The notes beneath the pieces were generated by a model. The model was not told the DNA's origin and ran no database searches. It worked only from the letters and a program-made list of their open reading frames with translations. The translations under genes and the position numbers were made by a program. Shown here piece after piece: positions 40,227-52,480 of a stretch of DNA of 64,000 bases; positions within the stretch are counted from its first letter, which is position 1, and each line of letters begins with the position of its first letter. The DNA is from Octopus sinensis (taxonomy: Eukaryota), in the NCBI RefSeq assembly GCF_006345805.1, contig NC_043006.1, positions 79,856,001-79,920,000 on the forward strand. The letters run 5' to 3'.

Positions 40227-40245
40227 GCATATATGTATATACATA

Positions 40246-40316
<71 letters not shown>

Positions 40317-40317
40317 T

Positions 40318-40373
<56 letters not shown>

Positions 40374-40376
40374 CAT

Positions 40377-40407
<31 letters not shown>

Positions 40408-40408
40408 A

Positions 40409-40464
<56 letters not shown>

Positions 40465-41399
40465 ATATATATATATGCATATACTAACACACATACACAT
40501 TTATAAGTAAGCAGCTTATTCAAGAATGAAAGGAAAATATTAGTGATTTGTTTGTTCGGCCAAGTGTCATGTAGTTTTGAGCATCTTCAGATAGGTAACA
40601 TAAACTTGTCATAAACTGGTATCCCATTTACAAATAGGAAGATATATCTAAGATAAGCCTCACTACGTTATGGCATCCATGGGAAGAATATGATGACGAA
40701 GAAAGAATTAAGAAAAACATGGCTATGAGACTTACCTGACCTTATCTCATCGTTAATGTTGGAGATGTTTTGATCATCATTCTTCTAAAAATATCTGTAT
40801 TTATACTTCAAAGACCTCGTAACCAACTACTGTATTGTTATGAAGGTTGAAATTTTCTCATTCGTTGTTCATTGCAATAAAACCGCACCTTATTTTTTCA
40901 ATTTCATTTTCCTGAAGGACATCAGGAGGGTTCTATTTAAATACAGCTAATCATTGATTTAACAGTTCATAAAATATATGATATAACAAGGACACTAGTA
41001 ACGAGAACAATGGAAAACTCATGAGGCAACACGTATAAAAAATATTTACATAAAAAATAATAATAATAAACAAAGACATAAAAAACGGCTAATTGCACGT
41101 TGACTATCAGGCATTGAAAATATCTTTAATGGAATAAATAATATAATGCGTTGCAAGTATTTTAATGCAATAATCTACTGTGATGGGAAGACAAAATTTT
41201 CAATTATTAAATCTGTATACTGTTGTTATACACATACAATAGCATTATATATGCAAATAATACATGCAAAAACCCACTGCACACTATATTTAAGTTACAC
41301 ATACACACACTCTCTCTCTCTGTATATATATAGTAAAAATAGAAGTTGAAAATACACTGAGAATAGTTAAGATATTATTTATTATTATATTCAAAGATT

Positions 41400-44300
41400 T
41401 AACAGGTTTCACTGTTTACACTGATTTTCAAACAGTTGAAATAGAAAGACGTGCTTCTTACTAGGGTTTGAAGCTTTCCTTATTTTTATAGGGAGTTCAT
41501 GGCGCAAATAAGTATATATTTTGAAGATAGCTTGATTGGTAGAAGATAGTCATATGATTATTTGTAAGTTCCCCGCTACGTCCGTGTGTTAGTATAAACA
41601 GACAATGTTTAGCGTTGTAAATTAAGGCAGACATGGTTGACTAAACAGGTCTAGTGGTAGTTACAATCAAGGCACACCAAATTTAATGTCTGGTAGAAGT
41701 CAGGAGTCGTTTGTATATAGCTACAGTTTAGGCTATTAGCTGTGTAGGTTCCTTATGTTAAGTGGTAGAATGAGTTTTGTGTGTGAATATTTATTTGTGC
41801 ATGTACTTTGTTAAGGTTTGTTAAGTCTGGGTTTGTAATTTTGTATGGAAGTGTTCTCTTTGTTTAATCGTGCTCCATCTGTGGTATTCACTGGACATAG
41901 GTAGAATGGGAAGACCTGGAATTTCGTAGACTTATTTTTTGTATACATGTCTATGTATCTACTCAATGGAATTTGTCTCGCATTGTGGTCTCATATTTGT
42001 TGTCGGTGAATGGTCAGTCTATTTCTTAGAATAAGCTTTGTTTGACGTATGTAATCTTCATTACATCCTTGACATTTGATAGCATATATCAAATTCCTTG
42101 AGAAACATGTAAAGTGATTTCTTACGGTAAAAATCTGTCCCGATTTGTATTTATATGTTGTGTCTTCAATAAGGTTGATGCAGATCATGCAACTGGGGTG
42201 GCCACACCTTTTGACTGTTGGTGCAGGAGTTGCGGAAGGTAATTTAGCACTTCTGAGGAACTTTTTGAGAGGCTTTGTCTTTTACTTTTGTTTTTTTTTG
42301 TGTATTTCGAATGCTTGTTTCATTCTTGGGTCTTGTCTTCGAAGAGGGATGTTCTGGTGTATAATATTGTAAACCTCTGTATTTCTTGGGTTGTATGTTG
42401 TAATAAAGGGTAGATTATAGGATGTATCTGGAGCGATTTTCGTAGTTCTTGGATATTTATTGCTGTAGCACATTCTATTCGTTCCTGGAGTCTTTTGTTG
42501 CAAGTTTCAGGGTTTGAGACAATTGTGCAGATTCTTCTTGCTAAATTAAAGGGAATATTATTCTTCGTGTGTTTGGGATGGCATGAGAACAGTAAGTATG
42601 GTTTAGAATCTGTTTGTAGTAAATGTCTGTTTCAATGTTTTTATCTCTTTTGATGATTAGTATATTCAGGAATGGTTGTTGAATTTTATTGTATTCCAAG
42701 GTGAAGTTGATATTATTGTTTATGCTGTTGACTAAGTTTTTGAAATCTATAAGTTGTTCAAATGTGTGAGTCCATAGAATTAGACAGTCATTTACGTAGC
42801 GTTTCTAGTTTTCTAGTGGATATTTGTGGAAGTTCAAGCCATATTTTAATTTAGATTGTTCATATATCTGGATCTCCATGTAAGCCATGACTAGATTGCC
42901 GTAAGTCGGAGCAACTTTTGTTACCATAACAGTGCCAGATATGTGTAAATATTACCATTGAAGTGAAACAAATTGTTTCGAGGATAAACTTCAATCCTTT
43001 AGTGATGAAACTTTTTTCAATTCTGCCTGGAATTTTATGAAGGAATTACTCAAGCCAGAAATGCATTGCTTCTAGTCCATATTGGAGTGGGATTGTAGTA
43101 TAGAGGTTTACCACATCAAGATATATAATAGCGGTATCATTGTTTATGGATCTTGGGAGGTAGTTTAACAGGTCCAGATCATCCCTTACAAGACTTGGTA
43201 TGTATTTTAAAACAGGTTTCAGTAAAATATCTAAAAAGTTGCTCAGTCTGTGTGTTTCAAAGTACGGGCCTGCCACGATTGGTCTAAATTTAAATTCGGT
43301 GAGATATTGTATGTTTATGCAATTTGAAGTTGATTCTTTACATGAATTCTTTATAGTTTGATTCTTATGGATTTTTGGAAACCGTAGAAGTAGCTAGTTT
43401 TTCAATCAAAATGGGTTAGGTAGTTATATTCTTTATTTGTTAAACCTTTTGGATGTCTGTGAGTGTGAGTGTGCTCAGTTTAGTCATTGTCTTTGATTTT
43501 TGGTAATTATTTACCTTTTCGTAGTAGGTCATATCTTGTAATATAGATAATACATATCTTTTGTAGTGTCCAATATCCATAATAACTATTGCAATTCTTT
43601 TATTTGCTTAATTATAATGTCGTTATTGTTTTTCAGTTCATGTATAATATCTTATTCTTTTCGACTGATATTGGGCTTGATTTAGGGCGTGGAAGTTCTT
43701 TGTAAGGGAAAGTAGTTATAAAGTCATAAAATTTATCTAAAGTTTTATTCTTACCTTTCGTAGGCTTGTAATCACGCTTGTTTCTTGTAATTGATTCGTC
43801 CCTATTTTCTTTATCGTACAATTCCTTTGTAAGGCGCAGTTTTCAACAGAACTGTGAAATATCGTTCTGTATTTCATTGGAATTAGGGTGCTATGATGTT
43901 GGGGTAAATTTTTGGCTTTTTGACAAAATATTAATTTCTTCTACTGAGAGAGTCTTTTTGGATAGCTTAATTATCTTCTGTTTCTCATCTTCGGTTTGTA
44001 CAACCAAGTGTCGAGAACTCTGTCGGTTGGATCTAAAAAAGATTTTCCAAGGTCTTCCTTGTATTATAGTTCATATATCTGATGACATTTTCTCTGTCCT
44101 TTTTGTATCGATTTTGTACATTTGTTGTTCTGGATTGTGGTTGTTTCCCTCTGTAATTGCTTTCAAAGTTGATATTTTTTATCCGCTGTGTGTCTTCGGT
44201 TTTGGGGAAAGTTCAGTCCAGACGAAAAAGTTGTTGAAGTAGTCTTGAATTGTCCTTATGAAATTGGTGAATATAATTTTCATATTTAGGTGTTTGATTA

Positions 44301-44460
44301 ATCGGTTGCGAATGGGGTTCGTGGGTTTTAACTTTTCTCAGGAATGGGTTCTCGGCAGAGTACTCGTTTCTGAAGTGAGATTCATAATTGGAGAACCAAT
44401 GACCACTTATCTCCCACCATTGAAGAGATGTTAATTCCTCGAGTTCACATTTTCTTTCCA
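41400..44460 (-). mobile_element. Near-full-length decayed Penelope-like element (RT plus GIY-YIG)
   Basis: THRLSNFLDILLKP...LDVVNLYTTIP (PLE RT); TKVAPTYGNL; FTCFSRNLIYAIKCQGCNEDYIRQT...RLTIHRQQI (GIY-YIG); ENTSIQNYKPRLNKP* at ~41815. Frameshifted; 5' end abuts (TA)n. Confidence 0.9.
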
Positions 44461-44491
44461 AAGTTTATTATTGTTATATATATATATGTAT

Positions 44492-44591
<100 letters not shown>

Positions 44592-44594
44592 AAC

Positions 44595-44640
<46 letters not shown>

Positions 44641-44643
44641 AAC

Positions 44644-44686
<43 letters not shown>

Positions 44687-44850
44687 TATATATATGTATA
44701 TATATATAAGCAATTAAGATTCAAGTCAATTCTAATGAATTTACTTGAATGCGGTACTTAACTTAGATGCACCAGAAAACTATATGGTGTTAACCATACA
44801 GTAATGTGGGGTGATTATAAACGAGAAAGAAGCAACAAGAATGGATTAGT

Positions 44851-44941
44851 TTTTAGTACAATTGTTTCATACAAAGACAGGCTTTATTAAAAGTTGCAAA
44901 TATTGCAGCAGATAAAAGTGTCCCGTACTCATCAGCTAAAA
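44851..44941 (-). ncRNA. Type-I hammerhead ribozyme motif (left arm)
   Basis: Reverse-strand copy of 45189-45279 with an intact core. Confidence 0.8.
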
Positions 44942-45188
44942 CACATATGAGTTCTCCAAACATCTTAGTGGGTGAGGCTGCACTCATGAAGTATTGGAGA
45001 TAATTTCATTAAAAGCAGATTTAGGTTGTAAACAGACTTCCGAAGTTCTTTTGTGATAAGACTGTGCATCATCATTAAAGAACTTCGGAAGTCTGTTTAC
45101 AACCTTACAACCTGCTTTTAATGAAATTATCTCCAATACCTCATGAGTGTAGCCTCACCCACTAAGATGTTTGGAGAACTCATATGTG

Positions 45189-45279
45189 TTTTAGCTGATG
45201 AGTACGGGACACTTTTATCTGCTGTAATATTTGCAACTTTTAATAAAGCCTGTCTTTGTATGAAACAATTGTACTAAAA
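45189..45279 (+). ncRNA. Type-I hammerhead ribozyme motif (right arm)
   Basis: Stem I TTTTAG/CTAAAA, core CTGATGA (45195-45201), long stem II closing GTACGGGACA/TGTCTTTGTAT, GAAA (45262-45265), palindromic stem III CAATTG, GTA cleavage triplet (after 45273). Confidence 0.8.
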
Positions 45280-45307
45280 ACTAATCCATTCTTGTTGCTT
45301 CTTTCTC

Positions 45308-45372
<65 letters not shown>

Positions 45373-45376
<4 letters not shown>

Positions 45377-46395
45377 GGTATGTAGAAAAATACAACATGG
45401 ACAAGAACGTATAACTCATAGAAGACGATACAATAAACATGGACAGGACATTCGAACCCCTCAGTCTTCAGTCAAGAACCGGATCATCGTAGTAATTTCG
45501 GCTGATTAATCTTGAGATTACTAGATCACGGCCAGCCCTCCAAGAAAAACTAAGCTGGAAGCGTAGATTTCCTGGAAGAAGGATCGAATGCATACGAACA
45601 CCAGGACAGCAAAAGGGACAGATATAAAAAAAACAAAAAACAATAATGGAATACAGAAACATGAAATACAGAAGCATTAACGGTGAAAACAACAAGTGTC
45701 TTACGACTGATAACAAGCAAACAAATTTTTTCTCTGGCGCATTGGAAAAAGCCTTTATAGCGGCGGACGAAGAACAACGATGTTAACACGACGAGGGTCA
45801 GGAGCTGAAAGGCAGATTTCGGCCAACAGTCACGTGACAGAGAAGAGGGAAAAGAAAAGAAAGAGAGAGAGAGAAAAGGGGGACAAAACGCAACAAAGAG
45901 AGAGAAGAGAGAGAAAGAAGGAATCAGAGAGGAGAAGGGATGGGTATCGAAGAATGACCTGTGAGTGCAGAGCGAGACAAAGAAATAGGAGGGTAGTGGA
46001 AGACTAGACCAAAGGATCAGAGGAAAGAGAAGATGAATAGAGAGAAAGTAAAAATGAGAGAGAGAGAGAGACAAACAGAGAGTCGTACCAATTATTAAGA
46101 ATATGTGTTCACATTAATGATAAAGGGGGTACGGGGCGCCTGGAATATATGTTAAGGTATGTAGAAAAATTACAACATGGACAAGAACGTATAACTCATA
46201 GAAGACGATACAATAAACATGGACAGGACATTCGAACCCCTCAGTCTTCAGTCAAGAACCGGATCATCGTAGTAATTTCGGCTGATTAATCTTGAGATTA
46301 CTAGATCACGGCCAGCCCTCCAAGAAAAACTAAGCTGGAAGCGTAGATTTCCTGGAAGAAGGATCGAATGCATACGAACACCAGGACAGCAAAAG

Positions 46396-46400
<5 letters not shown>
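45373..46400 (-). mobile_element. Non-coding element with 248-bp near-identical direct terminal repeats, (TA)n on both sides (PLE- or TRIM-like; strand tentative)
   Basis: 45373-45620 matches 46152-46400 with one 1-nt indel seen. Purine-rich ~530-bp interior, no ORF. Confidence 0.75.
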
Positions 46401-46447
<47 letters not shown>

Positions 46448-46448
<1 letters not shown>

Positions 46449-46730
46449 GAGGCGCAATGGCCTAGTGTTTAGGGCAGCGGACTCGCGGTCGCAGGATCGC
46501 GGTTTCGATTCCCAGACCGGGCGTTATGAGTGTTTATTGAGCGAAAACACCTAAAAGCTCCACGAGGCTTCGGCAGAGGGTGGTGATCCCTGCTGTACTC
46601 TTTCACCACTCTTTCTCTCACTCTTTCTTCTGTTGGCCTGCTCGCTTAGCCAGCGGGGTGGCGTCATTCGAAGGCTAAAACAATGCGAACGCATTGTGAC
46701 CAGCGATGTGTAACAACATCGCTGGAAGCA
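46448..46730 (+). mobile_element. tRNA-derived SINE (second family)
   Basis: ggaggcgcaatggcctagtg (A box) ...ggtttcgattccc (B box). Same family on the minus strand at 51720-52082. Confidence 0.85.
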
Positions 46731-46745
46731 TTGTGTATTGTTTGG

Positions 46746-46909
46746 GAAATATAACGTGTCTTGTATGGTACAACAATGCAGAGTAGACTATAATTGTTAT
46801 TTAATTATTCATAATCTGATAATATTATATCAGACTATGAATAATTAAATTATAGCAGTTATTATAGTTCACTCTGTATTGTTGTGCCATTCAAGACACG
46901 TTATATTTC
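46746..46909. repeat. Small diverged fold-back (MITE-like hairpin, ~80-bp arms)
   Basis: gaaatataacgtgtcttg...ctgata-atatta-tatcag...caagacacgttatatttc. Confidence 0.8.
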
Positions 46910-46922
46910 ACACACACACACA

Positions 46923-46974
<52 letters not shown>

Positions 46975-46989
46975 TACAGCACAATCATT

Positions 46990-47480
46990 TTTGAAGGATT
47001 TATTCCTTTTTTCTTCTTTGGATATTTGCTGGTCGAAGAAGAGGTTTCCTTCTAGCTGCATTGCTATTGTAGTCAAGTTGATGGAGATACCTCACAAAAG
47101 TACCCCCGACTCATTTGGAGTTCTTCTGCAAGATAAGCTGTTGCATAACGTGGATTATTTTCAACGATCAGCTGGCTTGACAGCCTGGAGGTAACTGCCA
47201 TTGAGTTAAGCCTGACCTAATCAGGATGACGTTAATTCCTTTCCTTTACTGGTGAATTGCACAATCGCTCTGTTGATTGTGACACGAATAATCCCAAGGT
47301 TTTGTGCAATCATACGTTGGCTAAGTCTGCTCTCAGACTGACCCACAATACACCCTCTCTGAAAATCAGAGCACTCTTGCTTTTGGTGTTCGCAGCATGG
47401 CTAGTTGCTTTAAACAATGAATATACTATAATTTGAAAGGAAAAAAAATAACCCTTTAACAAGATTAAGGCCCAAGTTTT
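46990..47480 (-). mobile_element. Tc1-like transposase 5' fragment
   Basis: [26 protein letters not shown] (HTH) and ...YNSNAARRKPL, across frameshifts. Confidence 0.65.
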
Positions 47481-47503
47481 GTCTGCATGCATAAAATGGA
47501 ATA

Positions 47504-47613
<110 letters not shown>

Positions 47614-47678
47614 ACTCTTTTACTCGTTTCAGTCTTACAGTTGCGGTCATGCTAGAGTACCACAGAGAAAAGAATGCG

Positions 47679-47750
47679 TTCCTATGCTGGGAATCGAACC
47701 TGGCTTGCCTGGGTGAAAGCCAGGAATCCTAACCACTAGACTATATGGGA
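47679..47750 (-). tRNA. trnE: tRNA-Glu(TTC)-like gene, probably a pseudogene
   Basis: TCCCATATAGTCTAGTGGTTAGGATTCCTGGCTTTCACCCAGGCAAGCCAGGTTCGATTCCCAGCATAGGAA. Perfect anticodon stem CCTGG/CCAGG, intact A and B boxes, T4 run ~7 nt downstream, but 2 acceptor-stem and 2 T-stem mismatches. Confidence 0.85.
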
Positions 47751-47794
47751 GAAAATAGCTTCATCCCTCCCTCTCTCTCTTTATTTCTCTCCCT

Positions 47795-47888
<94 letters not shown>

Positions 47889-48195
47889 GTCTGTCTAAAT
47901 GTTGGTATAACTACATTATTGGCCTTTCACTTTTTTTTACTGCGAGACTGATGATTGTTTTCAAAGTCAAGATGTACAACGTTCACGTTGCAATGGTTGA
48001 ATAAATGTTTGGGCACTCAAAATGTAGAGCTCCAAGAACTGTGCAAGGCAACCTGGCCCAGGGCTAATGTTACGCACGTCTTTTTTTCTATTACTCACTG
48101 ATAAGTAAAATCAGAGAGATAGTCTTGTAATCCTTAGCATCTGTACTGCTTCCTCCTTTACGAATAGGGCATACTGTACCTACTTTCAGTTTTTT

Positions 48196-49122
48196 TTCGA
48201 ATTTTCCCTAAAACTTTAGAGGAAGGTATTCGCGAAGAAGCTTTGGGAAAGTATCTGGAGTGGCTTAGTTTAAACCTGTTTACATGCTTTTTGGAGGGTT
48301 GTTGAGATCCATCAGGGTTCTTTGCTGAATTTTTCATTTCATCTACGGCCTTGTTTGAATATCCTCTTTTATGTCGATGTAATAGATGCTTAACACCACC
48401 TTACGCGCACACACACGTACACACACGCACAATCACACAGAAAATCATGTAAGGGAATAAAGGAGCTACGGACCAGTAAATGGTGCAGATCATTGTCGAT
48501 TGTTGGTTGTTTAAAGGAGAAGAGGGTTAGGTCGGCAGTGAGGTGGGATTTAGATCTTTTTGGAGGAATTGGAGATATCGCAACGCAAGATGACATGCCG
48601 GAGAAATAATGTAGTGAAATAGTTAGTGGGAGGCAGGCAAGACGATTAACCGTGAGATGGGTGCGAAATGACAAGCGGGGGTGGGTTATTGGGAACATAA
48701 TAAGTGCGGGAGGGACGACTTCGAATATGGTAAGGATTATCTTTATTTATGATTTAAAAAGTCCTAGTCATTGGTTGAGGGACAGTAGAACAAAAAGAAT
48801 TGGTGCGACACGTTTTGTATGGATGAAACTGGACGAGGGGAAGTCGAAGTAATGGAAGCAGGCAGAGGGTTAAGGCGCGTGGATCAGTGGTTAGGGATAT
48901 TCGGGTCACGATATGCAATAGATGTAACATATGCAATAATGCTTATTATGTTGCATAAATTCGAATTTTTCCCTAAAACGTTAGAGAAAGGTATTTGCGA
49001 AGAAACTTTGGGACAGTATCTGGAGTGGTTTAGCTAAAACCTGTTTATATGCTTTTGAGGGGACTGTTGAGAACCCATTAGGGTTCTTTTCCTGAATTGC
49101 TCATTTCATCTATGACCTTATT
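48196..49122 (-). mobile_element. PLE-derived remnant with ~165-bp diverged direct repeats ~764 bp apart
   Basis: 48196-48360 is similar to 48960-49122. The interior reads SFKQPTIDNDLHHLLVRSS, like the PLE linker (F.RP.NL.DLLVRS). Confidence 0.5.
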
Positions 49123-49231
49123 AAATACATACATGCATGCATACATACATACATACATACATACATACATACATACATGCACACACACATACGCACAAAC
49201 ACACATGCACATACGTACACACACACGAACA

Positions 49232-50135
49232 TAGTGGTCTGATCAATAAGTATCCGGACTGTTGGTATAGTAATGAAGCTAAAGCACGTAGAGCAAAGCC
49301 GCTTAACACAGATTTACCTTGTACTCTGCTGTATATGCACAGCTTTAATGTTTTAGCTCGCTTCCGCTGTTTACAGCAGTGCTTGGAAGTAACGTGTGTA
49401 GTGTGTGTTCGTCGCATTGATCATGGCAGAGAAACTTGAGCAGAGAATCTGCATCAAATTTTGCAAAAAAAAAAAATTATAAAAATAAAAATAAAAAGTA
49501 AAAAAAGGCGATACCTACCCAGAATCCTACCGAAAGTTTTCAAAAAGGTTTCATCGTTCCCGATATGATTAAGGAGATTTTGTGCGACTGAAACCCGAGT
49601 GTCTCTTTGGCCAGCTGAATGCAATTTCAGCACAAACTTGGCAGACTCGCGTCTCATACCCAAATCTTCAGTGATAATAGACTGAACTGAACTGTAATTA
49701 ATCTGCCCATCCTCTAATAACTCCTGGATGGTGATTCGGCGATTTCCCCTCACAGTTGTACGTACATCTGCGATGTTTTTTCTCAGTTTTGCTGGTTGCG
49801 GGTTTCCCAGAACATTCATCACTATCGACATCTTCATCCATCTTGGAAGCGTCTGAGCCACTCATACACTTGTGTGCGGCTCATACACTCCTCTCCATAC
49901 ACTTTCTGCAACTTTGCGTAGGCCTTTGAGCGGGTATCGCCATAACAGCTTTCTGTGTCATGATCAATGCGTTACAACATTATTTCCAAGCATTGCTGTA
50001 AACAGTGGAAGTAAGCTGGAACATTAAAACGTGGTGCACAAGCACAGCAAAGGTCAAGGTCAATCTGTGCTAAGCGGTTTTACTCTGCGTGCTCTAGCTT
50101 CGATACTATGAGAATAGTCCGGATACTTATTGATA
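49232..50135. mobile_element. Mariner-derived element made of two inverted 5' ends
   Basis: Left arm: TIR, UTR and MAEKLEQRICIKFC (+). Right arm: TIR, UTR and AYAKLQKVYGEECMSRTQVYEW...RRITIQEL...GMRRESAKFV (-). Confidence 0.8.
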
Positions 50136-50140
50136 AATAG

Positions 50141-50169
<29 letters not shown>

Positions 50170-50171
<2 letters not shown>

Positions 50172-51715
50172 GGTGATTGTCTACTCCTCATGTAGAGTTT
50201 GACCACCTCCTGTATCTACACCTTAGAACCATCATGGTGTGTGATGTGGCTTTTTAAACCAGACAGTGTTCTGAAAAGATACCCACGTAGAGAGCATATC
50301 CCATTTGGACCACCAAGTGCTGCACTTAAGTTCTGATCGTTTTGGATCTTAAAATGTCTTTTGCGGTCTCCGTTAGATTTGCAGATCTGGCATACATTGC
50401 ATTGAAAAGTGTGCACAGACCTATAGGAAGAATAGTTGGTGGAAGTTCGTTTCCTGTGGGTTTGCAAATGAGATTTGAGCCCAGCAAAAAAAAAGGCATG
50501 GTCTGTCACAAACTGTGCACACAAAAAGGTAATTGCGATTCACCTTCTTGATTGTAACATTTTTGTTTAAATTTCTCTTGAGTCTTTCATGTGTTATCCT
50601 GGCCTCTTCATGCGCTTTCACTACACTCCACACTTTTGTTCACCATTCAGCTCGATCCGAAGCAAGGGTTTCTATGTTCTCTGGATCCATTCCAAGTGAC
50701 TTCATGCTGTCCTTAAACCATTTTTTAGGTTGACACCGATAGTGTTTCCCTTGTGCAACACCACCGTAAAACAGCTGTTTGGATGTGCATTCATCCACCA
50801 TTCGAACAATATGGCCACACCATCTCAATTGGTTTTTCAAAATCATTACTTTAATTGAGGTGATGCCTGCAGATGCAAGAACAACTATGTTTGGAGTAAA
50901 AACAAAACTTCATTTAATGTTTAAAATACGACGAAGGCATTTTTGGTGGAATTGTTCTAACAATTTGAAATGTCTTTCATAATATGTCTATGTTTCAGAA
51001 GAATACAACAGGGATGGTAAAACAAATGATTTGTAAAGAGCCAATTTTGCATTGCTATTTATATATCGTTTAATTTTCCTTAGAGCAGTCTGCACTTTCC
51101 CTTTCAACTTTCTGTATACTTCGTTTGAGTTGGGGGTTCAAGGAATGAGAGAGAAGTGTATTGCCTAAGTTTTGTTTTTCTAAAAGTAGATCATGAATTT
51201 CTGCTGATTTATCTGAGAACCAGTCTCTGGACTTACGTGATTTAAATCTCACAGACGAACTTGCAGCCCGAAATACTTTTGTTTTGAAATCTATCCATAG
51301 ACTGTTTGGATCAAGATTGATACTTTCTATAGCACCGTGGAGTCTTTGCAAGTTGCTTGGTAATTTGAAGTTTGCAACTTTTAACTTTTTAGGAGCAGAC
51401 TGTCGACTTTTAGGCATTAACGAAAAATTAATGTTTCCACGCACTAGATGATAGTCAGTCCAGCTCTCTATTCCTCTCATGGCTCGAACGCTAGAAACAT
51501 CTTTCTGATCAAAATATAATCTATGAGATGCCAGTGCTTAGATCTTCGGTGCATCCAGGTGGTTTTATATTAATTTTTCTGCTTAAACAAAGTGTTGGTA
51601 CCAACCAGATTATTCTCAGATTATTCTCAGTACAAAACGTGAAAAGAGCTACTCCATTTTTATTACATTTTCCAATCCCATGTCGGTCTAAAATATATAT
51701 CGTAACAATAATTTC
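50170..51715 (-). mobile_element. RTE LINE relic lacking the RT core, with three C-terminal C2H2-like fingers and a (TA)n tail
   Basis: HPKI*ALA...WTDYHLV (APE end); LRWCGHIVRM...KQLFYG...DRAEW; CTVCDRPC...GLKSHLQTH, CNVCQICKS...RHFKI, CSLRG...GLKSHITHH. Confidence 0.85.
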
Positions 51716-51719
51716 GTGG

Positions 51720-52082
51720 CACTCCGTCGGTTACGATGACGAGAGTTTCAGTTGATCCGATCAACGGAACAGCCTGCTCGTGAAATTAACGTGCAAGTGG
51801 CTGAGCACTCCACAGACACGTGTACCCTTAACGTGGTTCTCGGGGATATTCAGTGTGACTAGGCTGGCCCTTTGAAATACAGGTACAACAGAAACAGGAA
51901 GAAAGAGTGAGAGAAAGCTGTGGCGAAAGAATACAGCAGAGTTCACCACCACCCACTGCTGAAGCCTCGTGGAGCTTTAAGTGTTTTCGCTCAATAACCA
52001 CCCACAACGCCCGGTTTGGGAATCGAAACCGCGATCCCACGACCGCGATTCCGCTGCCCTAATCACTGGGCCATTGCACTTC
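51720..52082 (-). mobile_element. tRNA-derived SINE, full-length-like
   Basis: Head is the reverse complement of the 46448 family; 3' tail ...cgtcatcgtaaccgacggagt. Confidence 0.85.
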
Positions 52083-52095
52083 CACATAATATATA

Positions 52096-52445
52096 TACTC
52101 CGATTAAAGCAACATTAATCTAAACAATTGACTGAAAAATGATGAGCTAACCCAGGCTAGAATCGAATCCACACATCAACGCTAATATGGCTCTTTTTCT
52201 CCGTAACTTATCAAGTCTCCGGGTTTGTTAACAAATATTGTGTGTAGTACTAGAGAGTTAAGTATTTAAACATAAAATTTGATAGAAGTACTGACCCAGA
52301 CGCTCACCCAAGTACTTGGGTGAGCGTCTGGGTCAGTCGGATGCTCTAGGAGCCATGTTAGCATTAATAAGTTGGTTCGATTCTAACCCGGTTAGCTCAT
52401 CATTTTACAGTCAATTGTTTAGATAATGTTGCTTTAATCGAAGTA
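52096..52445. mobile_element. 350-bp MITE with ~95-bp imperfect TIRs and an internal perfect 48-bp palindrome
   Basis: tactccgattaaagcaacattaatctaaacaattgactg... / ...cagtcaattgtttagataatgttgctttaatcgaagta; palindrome at 52290-52337. Confidence 0.85.
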
Positions 52446-52480
52446 TATGTATCATTATTATGATATATTATTATTGTATA

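Larger units (their letters stand above)
44816..45314. mobile_element. Fold-back element, ~236-bp arms, 25-bp spacer, one HHR per arm
   Basis: 44816-45051 is the reverse complement of 45077-45314 with 3 substitutions and one small indel block. Right end runs into (TA)n. Confidence 0.92.

Noticed and set aside
45461-45505. GAAA...ATC...CTGAAGA on the minus strand of the 248-bp repeat as a type-II hammerhead
   Set aside because: Stem III can be drawn, but the base pairs closing stems I and II next to the core are mismatched, so it was not called.
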